From Perkinsus chesapeaki ATCC PRA-425 (taxonomy: Eukaryota; Protista; Perkinsozoa): a stretch of 64,000 nucleotides of DNA. The stretch spans positions 1,243 through 65,242 of the forward strand of contig JAAPAO010000138.1 in assembly GCA_013115145.1 (NCBI GenBank). The letters run 5' to 3'. The position numbers and the translations under genes are program-made. Below the pieces are notes generated by a model, which made no database searches, was not told the origin of the DNA, and saw nothing but the letters and a program-made list of their open reading frames with translations. Shown in pieces: positions 38,309 through 48,639 of the stretch (positions within the stretch are counted from its first letter, which is position 1; each line of letters opens with the position of its first letter).

Positions 38309-39562
38309 ATGGCATCTCAGACCCCACCAGGCCGTCGAGAGCGACGCAGTGAAGCTGACCTACCCCTACTTGGAGGCTACCCGGGAGCAGAAGCAACAAG
38401 CCCAGATGGGGAGAGGATTGAAGGGGAAGATCCAGAGCTTGGTAATGCTTCGTTTGATACACTAAGGGACGCAGTTAACCGAGAACTGCGGGATATGCAT
38501 CGGGAAGTTGGCAAGGTGGTGACACATGCATCTCCAGCGATGGTGAACTGATGCTGTATAGGCTCGGCGGTTGGTGTCGAAGTCCTCTAATTCCCCTAAA
38601 CAGGAGGAGATGAGAATACATTCTAGCATTGACAAGGTTACCGAGTGTACCGAGGGAGAGAGTCATACCGCTCTCGCCTCTTAGGTCCGATATTCTGGGG
38701 TATCGGTCCGGCACATGCTGGACAGGATGAGGCAGCTTGCCGGTGATGATGCCGATAAGCAGCTGGAGGAGCAAAGGCTTCGAGACAGCTTAGGTGAGGG
38801 TGCCTATCTGGCTCGACTTGTGTACTCCTTCAAAGGCTCCCTTCTGTCCTCTGTTGACCAACTCTTATCATCATTCCTCGTGTCGGAGGAACGTACATTA
38901 CAGAAGGAGAGAGTAAGGGCTGATGAGATAGATGAAGGCATTCGGTCGAGCTCCAAGCAACAATATCGTAGGACATCTAAGCCTTGGGGTAGCCTCACCT
39001 AGCCATTCCAGCATCCTATGCTTCCACCTCTAACACTCGTACACCAGAGGCTGCCGATGTAGATAGCCAGGCCCAGGAGGATCCAACCGACGCCTTGTTG
39101 TTGAGCATGGCAGAGCTGGACCTTCAGGTGGGCAAGGCTGGGGGGCTGTAGAGGGAATGATGGACTTAGGAGGATATAATCCGGGAACGAGAGGAGGGCA
39201 TCCGGAATATACACAGTGACATAGTAGCTATAAGGGGCCTCTTTCAAGAAGTAGCTTGGCATGTTACCGAGCAAGGCCAGGTGGGGCACTGCTGCGGCCA
39301 CTTTTGGTGGGGTGTGGGATGATATCAGGTTATTGACAATATAGAGACTAACATGGGCCAAGCTGCCCTTCGGACCGGTCAAGCCAATCGTGAGTTAGCA
39401 ATAGCCAGCGAGACTGTTCGAAAGAATACGTGAGTTAATGGGCCACCTCACCTTTACCTTGCCCTCAGGTACCGTTACATTTGCTACATCTTAGTTATAG
39501 TAATTCTGGTCCTTCTTATAGTGTTGCTCCTAAAGAGCCTCATTCCTTTAATACCATTATAG
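38309..39562 (+). CDS. Qa-SNARE syntaxin (Syntaxin-7/12/Pep12-like)
   Basis: SNARE helix IIREREEGIRNIHSDIVAIRGLFQEVAWHVTEQGQ|VIDNIETNM and C-terminal TM YICYILVIVILVLLIVLLL. Confidence 0.88.
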
Positions 39563-39687
39563 GCATGTCGGACCAGCCCTGTGTGTTTCACTATGCATAA
39601 TTGCCGATTTTTTATGTCATCATAATTTTGCTACTTGCGTTCCAGCGTGGTATCCTATATCAGTTTTCGAGTGGTGATAGCTCATCA

Positions 39688-41529
39688 ATGCCACCTCAGC
39701 AGCAGCAGTCCACTGCTCCTCTACCGCAGGGATGGAAGGAGTACCATACACCAGAAGGGAAACCGTAAGTGCATCAACAACCAAGTCTTAATGGCTCTCT
39801 ACCCTTTTGAAAAGCAAACCCAAAGTGTTACTGGCATTTTCACAACGGTCGTTTTTCCACCTCTCATCATTAACATTGACCCAACATCATTGGTTAGGGG
39901 AAGTTTATGGCTCGACTAAGGAATTCTGGTAACGGCTTCGATACCGCGCTACTAGGGGGGAGCCTTTGGCCATCGTCGCCTTTTTCTAGGTACTATCACT
40001 GTGCAGCCAGGGGTATCACTCAGTGGGAGAGACCGACGGAAGGTCAGCCACAGCTTAGCGACCTCCTGCAGTCAGATGGTGAAAAGTCCAGCGGTAAGGG
40101 GTGGATCCTCCTATCATAGCCAGCTCCTTTCCAGACACTCCCGACTCGGCCGCCAGCGCTAGAGATGACGCCTCCGCCGATATGCGATTGAATGACAGAC
40201 CTAACACTACTGCCACTGTTAACTTATCAGGGACCGTACAGCAACAACAGCAACCTCAGCCTAGGACTGGTAATAAGGGGCTCGGTGCTAGTGAGGCATC
40301 CTTGGTGTAGGTCCTATAGGGAGGGGTGTGGAACAGTTCGAGATCGGTGATTCCAGAAGTGGAACAAGCAATGCAACTGCTAGCCGGTGGGCAAGCTATT
40401 AATGTAGAGGTGACCAAGGAGGTTGGTAGGTTCGGCCCTCCATCGTTCGCCTCTAACACCTCCCAAAGCCTCATTGGTGGGGCTGTCGGCGTGCTGGGTA
40501 GATTCCAAGGTGTCCGTGGTATTGGACAATACTTCAAGGTGGATCCAGAGACGGTAAGGTTAATGGCTGCTATGATAGAGGAGCATGGTATCAGGTATCG
40601 TCTAGACTGCGGCAAGGTGTATCAATGGGTTTGGGGAGTGGACCTAATAGGTCCCTATTGGAGCATCCTGACCTCGTTGGCCCTAGTATTATCCTTCTAC
40701 TATCGGTAATATTCACATGTTGTCCTACTAAGCACTATTAACTTCACGGCTGCTGTATATATGTTTAATAACCACCACCTTCCTGATCCTCCTGGCGTAA
40801 TATCTCATCCTCCTCCATGGATACCAGACACTCAATATACCACTCCCGCTGCCTTCACAGTTTTCCTTTTCTAGTATCCCTCCCTCCTCCTGCGGCGGCG
40901 GCAGTATCAGCATTATCTCTTGTGTAGGTTCTTGCGATGTCCATAGTAGCCATGTTGTCCCATATATCCTTATCCACCCCCATAGCTGTATTCCTATCCG
41001 GTTCTATGATGATGATATGTGGAATGACCGGTGTACCACTACTCATTGTTATCTTCCAAAGATACTTTGGTGTCAGCGACCCCAACTCCAGGTCCGCTAC
41101 TCCAACCCCAGGTTCATTTTTGTACCCCTCCTCCTCATTGTTAGGTACTATGCCCCATCACTAGGAGCACCTGTACCGGGCCCTGAGGACTCCAGGCCAC
41201 TAGAGTACGCCCCTCTGGTGTGCTGCTACAGGTAACTTACTGTCCTAGCCCTTGGCCATTTTGTCACAGTTACTCCCTGGCCCCGATGCCTCTGGCAACC
41301 TTGGCGAGCCTCCTCCTAGGGGACTTCTCCTTCCTCGCTGGTGCCGGTGCTAGCATAGCCTTTCTTAACGTAACACAGTCTCTCCACTCGTCGGCGGTGA
41401 TTACCATATCTCTCAGGTCCACCTCGGGCCACCACTTGCCAACTCATTCGGCCACTCTCGTATAGGGTCCATCACAGTCATTGCTGGAACTATCGCTCTC
41501 TACTGGTTGATAATGTCCCTCCTCTGGTA
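39688..41529 (+). CDS. WW-domain + Yip1-domain (YIPF1/2-like) membrane protein
   Basis: WW: LPQGWKEYHTPEGKP|YYHCAARGITQWERP. Yip1-like: QYFKVDPET, DLIGPYW, VCCY..YSLAP, plus several TM helices. Confidence 0.7.
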
Positions 41530-41663
41530 ACACCTCCTGTATCTCCCACATCTTTGCTGTTTCTATCATCTTCCAGTGAATCGGATGAATCATTGTACGC
41601 CTCCAGTGCCATTGTGTTATAGCGACAACTTGATCATCGACTTGCAGTTTTTTTCACTTTCTC

Positions 41664-43021
41664 ATGCCACCGGAACCCGCGGCCACTGAGGAGTCCCGAC
41701 TATTGCTTGACAGCTTCGTAGACTCCTACCTCCCCGAACTCAAGCTTATGTTCTCAATTCTGCCGGAGGATGCCATCCTCGAGGAAGTCCGCAATTCCCA
41801 GTCTACCAGCCGCACTGGAGAGATCGACATCGAAGGCGTTTTAGAACGGCTCGTCGGTAGAGCTAGCGCCTCGCAGGCCGTGTAGGTAGCTGTCACAACT
41901 CATAGTGAGCTCTCTCCCTCAGACCTGTCATCGACCTTACCCTATCCGAGGACCCGCCAGCCCAAGATAACTGGCAGACTGATGAGGAAGTGCTCGCTGC
42001 CCTCATGGCCATCGAGGATCCTCTACAGAGGGCCTTTGCAAGCAAGACGTTGGCGACGGTTATCAGGAACATCATTATTCACGCGCCACAAAACTCCAAG
42101 TACTGCACCTTGAAACTGACCAATGCCAGAGTCCGACAACTTTACGATGGCCTTGGCGAACTGCTCCACAATCTTGGTTTCGAAGTCATTTACGAAAACG
42201 GTGGCTTGCTGCAGTGGAACCGCTCAGCGTCTGATGAGCGTCTTGTTGAAGCACATACCTTACTGGAGACCGTAAATGCATCACCAGTCGAATGGATTGG
42301 AGTGGCACCCGAGGCTCTCACTGGCCCTGCTCCCCCTCTGAAGCCTGCAAGCCCGACTGCTGGAGCAGCAAGCAGTTCACGGTACACGATGGCAGGTAAG
42401 CTCACACGAGAGGCCATCGCTGATTTGACCGAGCAGCGGTTAAAGAAGCAGGGGAAGGGAGGCAGCTGGGGAACTGGTGTCATCTACTCTAATAAAAACA
42501 ACAGACGACGGATACACGGGCTTGATGACTTGGTACCGGACTCGGGAGCGACACATTTCGCTGATGACTACCTGAGGATGATACATGGACCAGCAGGCTC
42601 CATGGCTGAGCTCACGCAGAGGTACTCTGCAGTAGAGTATCTTGGTAGGAAGATACTCGATCTCTGTAACGTCGCGCGCCACGAAAATGGCAAGCTCGGT
42701 CGGCTACAGTGGCATGATGGCGTGGCTGCTGTCGCTCGTGCGCATGCCGAAAAGATGGCGTCCGGCGAGGCTTCCTTCTCCCACGACGGTTTCGACAGCC
42801 GGTGTCGGCAGCTGCCGATACCGTATCACAGCGCGGGGGAGAACCTAGCCTACAGCAAGGGTATGCCGGATGGTGCTGTCACTACGGTTAATGGCTGGAT
42901 GAGCAGCCCTGGTCACAGGAAGAACCTTCTAACAGCAGGCTTCACGCACTGTGGTGTTGGTTGTGCTTATGGTCGGGATGGCTCCCTGTGGGTTACCCAA
43001 CTCCTAGTGAGCTCTCGCTGA
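41664..43021 (+). CDS. CUE-like + PUB + CAP/SCP domain protein
   Basis: Exon 1 LKLMFSILPEDAILEEV; 41-nt intron 41882-41922; PUB KTLATVIRNII...KYCTLKLTN...LLHNLGFE; CAP ARAHAEKMA...FSHDG, GENLA, WMSSPGHRKNLL...GVG. Confidence 0.85.
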
Positions 43022-43240
43022 CCAATGTTACCCATCTAAATAGCAGCAAGCATTTAACGCATCTCTATCCTGTCTTGAGTTTAATATGAGATGGTTACCT
43101 CGACATCGCAGTGACCACTTGAGCAGATATTACTGTCACCAGTAGCATTGTAGACGTATAAAATTCATACCACTTTTTCTTCTGCTCATCGCCGTGTAGT
43201 ATCGCTTCTCGTCCATTATACTTGTCCTTAGTTTGTTAAG

Positions 43241-46200
43241 ATGCTCCAGTCCATGGATATTGACGCTTGGTCCCTGCAGGTTCTGCGGGAGAAAGTGACG
43301 GCTGCTCTTCCCGTAGAAGGCAGCAGCAGCCCCTCTGAGAATGCCGAGGTCCCCACCGCCGCCCCCGCCGAGTCCCCTTCTATACAGCTCGGGGGTGGCA
43401 GTCCTCACGCAGCAGCGGGTGATGTCCCCGAGGACTGTGCAGACTATTGCCGCCAGTATGGGGACAAGTACACACCAGAGTTGGAGAGTGTGATGACAGT
43501 CTGCCAGGGGATCTGCCAGGAATGCCCCTCTCTGGACAGCATGCAGCTCACTCATTACATCCTTCATTACCTCTGCTGCCCCCCTGATTCTAAACCCAAC
43601 CTCATCAAAGCCGTCCTCAACTACTTTAACATACCTAGCGAAAAGAGCAAGGCAGCGGAGAGCCTCGTGTCGACCGCGTTCGCTTCGGCGTGTTCGTCAC
43701 CGAAAGCCGCCTTCCGTCTGTGGGCCAGTCTGGTGTACTCAGACCAGCAGCCCTCTGCGGTGCTGCCACTCGTGGCGGCAGCATTCCTCGGCGAATTCGA
43801 GGAGTTCGAGCTCGGTCCTGACGATGTTGAGAAGTTGCTCAAGGTGGCGGAGACCTACAAAGTTCCGCAGAGTTTTGTGGCGCAATGGGGGGAATCGGGA
43901 GACATAAAAGGGAACACTCTCACTGTTGAAGCCAGTCTTGTAGCCACTGTACTCCACAACGATTACACAAGGGACACCAGCGGTGATGAGGATGAGCGTA
44001 TGAGTGATGGTCTGTTTGGATACACCCTGAAGGACCATCCAATCTACCAGACGGTCAGCTCTGACACAGACCGAAGCAGCCGTAAATTCGTATTGTTGGA
44101 TGCCCGTCGCAGCGACAGTGTAGCACGCTGCGATTCGGAACCAGTTGTCGAATCCTATTGGGTTCAGCGGACTGTGCAACCGAAACGCCGACCTACTTTG
44201 GTAAGGATGATATTGGCTGATCTGGCATGTACTAATGGCACCACTGCTGCTTTAGCCCACTGAAGATTGGATGAAGGACTTGGATGAGCTAGATGAAGCG
44301 GCGGGGGCGGGTAAGAAGGCATCATCGGAGGAGGAGGAGGACAAGCCCAAGGTGGAGCGTATTCGGAAAGAACGTCCAGTTGTCGTCCACCGACTCAGAG
44401 GGAAATTCGCAATCACCATTGATGGTGACGCTAATTATGGTGAGTAGCAATCCCCTACGGCTAGCTCTGACCGAACTGCTCAGGCGACAGCTCATCGCCG
44501 GAGAAAGAGGCTTTGCTTGGGAAGTTGTCCGCAGCTGATGTCTACGGCAACATGCACATTGTTATAGTTGGGGAAGGTACGCCACTCCTGCAGCAGCTCT
44601 AGCGAGTCCAACTCTTGTCAACCAGGTGACTCCGATGGACAGTCCTCTATTATGGCTGACTGCCTTTCCCCTATTAAGCATGTTAGTGTGCTGGAAGGGG
44701 GATGGCCTGCTATTGTTAAGGCCCTATGTGAATTGGATAACAGCGCCGAATTCCTTAATTGGGTTGCCTTCTGCGGCCCCTTCACCGAGAGGATGCGTGA
44801 GTGTCGATCATTTGCCATGCTTCGCGGCTCGATTGCTAACCTCACTTCAGTTCCAAAACGCTCGGCCTCCCAATCGAGTGCGGCGGCGGCGGCCCTCCTG
44901 AAACCAGAGACACTGGAGAGCCTTCAAGTGAATTGGGAAGAATCCAAGAAGAACATGGCCAAGGGGTGGGATGCTTTTGGGAAGAGTGTAAGCGACACTG
45001 AAATGCATTGCTTGAAATGAGACCAGTGTGCAGATGAGCAGCGCTTGGAAGGACCTTGGAGCAGCTGCTCAGAAACAGACGGCGGCAGCGACCGCCGCTG
45101 TTGCCACTCGAAGGAGCAGTTCAACATCAGGCGAAACGCAAGACTTGGCATCGGATCCTTCCGGTCCACCTTCCACAGTAAGGGGACTTCAACTGCAAAG
45201 GCTTCTTGTTATACTGCCATTGCAGGGATTGAACTTTAATAATGTATTGAGGGAAGAGGACAAGGCAGCAATAACCGAGAATATGAACAAGGCTAAGGTA
45301 AGCCCGCTACTGGAGGATAGTCTTCAACGTCAGCTGTGTCATCACAGAACGTCATGGCCGGTTGGATCGCCAAGAGCGACAAATTCATCCACGAACAGCA
45401 GGTGAAGCTTGCGAAGCAACAGGAGGAGAAGAGGCAAGCAGAGGAAAGGAAGAAGGCTGAAACGGCGGCGATCATAGCCGTCATGCAAGGTGAGTACCAA
45501 GTTAACATCATCCATGCTCTCATGCCTTTTTCAGATAATGGTGGATCGGCAACCACTAGGGGAGGCAGAGGCAGCAAGAAGGCAAGAAATAACCCTGAGT
45601 TCTCAACTTGGGTATTTGCTGTACTCAAGCAGGTCCCTTCTGGGGCTGCCCCATCGACGACGGCGGGAAAGGTGTATGATGAGGACGTACTGTCTGAGGA
45701 TGAAGATGATAACATATTTGAGATTGGAGACGAGAGCTCCGGCGATGAAGATGACGATGGGGTGTTTGTTGGTAGCTCGCCGCCCAAGGATCAAAGCGTC
45801 CAGCGCGCAGCTGAGCAGGTAGCCGCATTCTCGTCATTTGCGTCGGGTCTATCTCTTTGCTATTAGTCCTGTCTTCGAGATGCTAGTGCTATGGTTGGGA
45901 CGCTGCAACGCTTGGGGAAAGGAGATGTGGTGTCCTGGGAAGAAGACCTTCTCCCGGTCGGTGCACGGAAATTCAAGTGCCAGAAGCTCACGCATCAATC
46001 AAGGCTAGACCGGAAGGCTCCGGTTACACGAGCAGTTGAAAAGGAGGAGTCAGGGAATTGGTGGAACAATGCGAAGAAGTTCGCTACAAGTCTGGCAGCA
46101 CCGTTCGATCCGTTGGTCCCTGTGGACAGAGTCATCGTTCTAGTGCTGAACCAACTTCTCATTTGTGAGGATATGGGGGAACAAAAGTTGAAGGTGAAGA

Positions 46201-46537
46201 GCAACCACAGAGTGCAACAGATTCAAAGAGTTAGCTTTGCTGAAGATCATCCCGATAAGATATCATTTTCATACAGAGTAAGCTGATGTCACTTTGCAAG
46301 CACCATTCGGCATCTCAGAACTCATCTAAGTGTAATACTTACAAGCTGCTCCCGTTGCCCGAGGCGCCAGAGCTTTCGCCAAACCAGCAATTGATGACTT
46401 GTCTCAAGCAGCGTTTAAGCAGCCTCAACGTTGGTATGCGTTTGACTGTCACTGATGGTCCACCCCGCCCGATGGCTCCTCCTCCTCGCGGTGCTAGAGA
46501 CAAGGGTGATGATGTTGATCATGATCTATTAAATTGA
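43241..46537 (+). CDS. TBC1D23-like protein (degenerate TBC, rhodanese-like, C-terminal PH-like)
   Basis: VPQSF...LTVEASLV, KFVLLDARR, HVSVLEGGWPAI (rhodanese-like), C-terminal beta-rich VIVLVLNQLLIC...KVKSNHRVQQIQRVSF. Confidence 0.6.
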
Positions 46538-46720
46538 TGATTTATCTTTTTTTATTGCGATAGTTGAAAGTGGCAGCATTTCGATATATTTCAACCACCT
46601 CTGTGCTTTTCAAGTTGGAACAATAGTTAGTTAACAATTTACGACTAACGCAAGATGAACTGATACGTAGATCAATAGAAATGCGGACAATAAAAGACAG
46701 TCATCACATTACCTTCTCTC

Positions 46721-47059
46721 TTAAGAATGGTAAACATGAGAGCTATGGTATGAATATGCGCGATGGTTTTCACATTGAAAGATCCTCTCTTTACCACCAA
46801 CTCCAGCCAACATGACATTATATTGATGCGCGAAGTTGAGCTGGGAATCGCATCCAACTTCAGTAGTCCGGTACACCTGTTTCTGCCGACGGTTTTCATA
46901 TAATGCCAGATGAAACTTACACCCCATTTTGAATACATTCTTAATCCAGCGTATGGTACGCTAGTAGACCACAGAATTACCGGTCGTCATCCGCAGTTCG
47001 GACGACTCCGACGAGCAAGAAATCGCTACGAACACGTGGGGTCGTGAGCGTAAAGGAAC
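46721..47059 (-). pseudogene. Possible decayed third copy of the adjacent secreted-protein family
   Basis: Frame continues through a TAG at 46961-46963: ...ISCSSESS...SVVY*RTIRWIKNVF..., loosely matching VKCQAVSS...SIY...LMKNVF of 47181-47633. Confidence 0.3.
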
Positions 47060-47180
47060 TAAAGCCACGCAGTTCTGGTGGAGTTATCCCATGCGGAGAA
47101 CCTTCGGTAGTGACTTAACGCAATGAAGCCAGTATCACATACATCGATAGATACACAACCAACATGTTTGTAAAGGAAAG

Positions 47181-47633
47181 CTAAGCTCTATCTATCTTTG
47201 TAATACCGGAAGCATAGTAGTCACCGGGTTGACACTCTCCGGTCTCAAAACTCAGGTCTTCTCCCTCGAACGTAGTTCTAACCGTCTGGGTTCTCCCGTC
47301 GTATTGGAAAGGCACCAAATCATTGTCGACCATCCTTGCTGTGTTCTCACATCTGTAGAAGACGTTTTTCATCAACTTTTCGTAAGCTTGCCTGCTCCCC
47401 TCCTGGAGCGTGTAAATGCTAGAGTCTTGATTCACAGCGAGGTAAGCAGATGAGACGGCTTGACACTTGACGGTGGCCTTGATATATACGCCGTCCTTAT
47501 GTACTATGGTTAACTCTACACAAACACCCGGACGGATAACCTTGTGGAATATTGTACTAGTCTTGGACAGGCCGTGAACGCTCATCGACATCAGGAGCAG
47601 GAATGAGTGGCAGACTTGGTGAATAATTCCCAT
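47181..47633 (-). CDS. Small secreted hypothetical protein, paralog 2 (intronless)
   Basis: Signal peptide MGIIHQVCHSFLLLMSMSVHG; GVCV, NDLVPFQY, TFEG, FETGECQPG. Confidence 0.75.
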   Translation of the reverse strand: MGIIHQVCHSFLLLMSMSVHGLSKTSTIFHKVIRPGVCVELTIVHKDGVYIKATVKCQAVSSAYLAVNQDSSIYTLQEGSRQAYEKLMKNVFYRCENTARMVDNDLVPFQYDGRTQTVRTTFEGEDLSFETGECQPGDYYASGITKIDRA

Positions 47634-48045
47634 TGAAAAAGGAAACTGTGAACTAATAATATTTACAAAAGTCTTCAAATTTAAATTTGAGTTGTATGAT
47701 ACAACCCTGTAGACATCAGCGCCGCCTACAGCCGAACTTGAGCAACTCACAACTAATGCCAATGGTTAATCTATCTTAACAATATCTCATCATTATAGTT
47801 CACTATTATAAAGTCTCACGGATTCTATATGCCCAGCAGCGGCTGTGAGTGTGATTACAGGCCGCAACAGTTCAATATATTTGCAAATATGTTGTCATGT
47901 GCCAGTAGTCTAGCCACACTCGATTTGAGCTCAACGTAAACAACTGGTATTGGTGAGGACACAAACATCATATGCACATGAATTGATAAACATGAGTGTT
48001 ATTGCTTGGACGATAATCATATTCTTCGGGAACCGGTAGAGCGTG

Positions 48046-48480
48046 TTATACAGAGATAGAGACTGATCCTGGACATTGTCCCCGTTCAAAGCTCCTAACC
48101 ACACCGCCAAAAGTGGCCATCATAATGTCTCTATCCCGCATATACTGAAAAGATTGTAAATCATTTTGAGGTAGTATATTAGCGTCTCGCGGACATGACA
48201 CGGCTGCATTGCGCAATAATATCATCAAGTAAGTTAAGTCCGTGACTTCGTATCGCTGAGGCCTTCCAACCGTAGTGAGCTCTGGGGGGATGCATGTCCT
48301 CGTCGAAGGGCACCGGATTTCTAACTTGACTGCTAGGACTTCGGGGCCGTCACTGATGCGCATCTGTACACACACTCCCTCAATAATGTTGGTGAAGAAT
48401 GGGTAGCTAGGAGGCAGCGAGTGACCATAAACGCATACAGACACGCAGAGGAGGAGATAGAATTGACGATTGATCCCCAT
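48046..48480 (-). CDS. Small secreted hypothetical protein, paralog 1 (intronless)
   Basis: Signal peptide MGINRQFYLLLCVSVCVYG; GVCV, NDLQSFQY, TFGG, FERGQCPG. Confidence 0.75.
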   Translation of the reverse strand: MGINRQFYLLLCVSVCVYGHSLPPSYPFFTNIIEGVCVQMRISDGPEVLAVKLEIRCPSTRTCIPPELTTVGRPQRYEVTDLTYLMILLRNAAVSCPRDANILPQNDLQSFQYMRDRDIMMATFGGVVRSFERGQCPGSVSISV

Positions 48481-48639
48481 GGTAAATGAAAAACGCTGTA
48501 AGTACACTGCAATCTATCCGCACGTCAGAGATGTTCTTGGAACCCATGAACGCCGTCGAACCACAAATGACACATCCTGCGACTAGGTGCACAGTACTAT
48601 ATCTTACTCATGGAAACTAATAATATCATATATCGTTAT

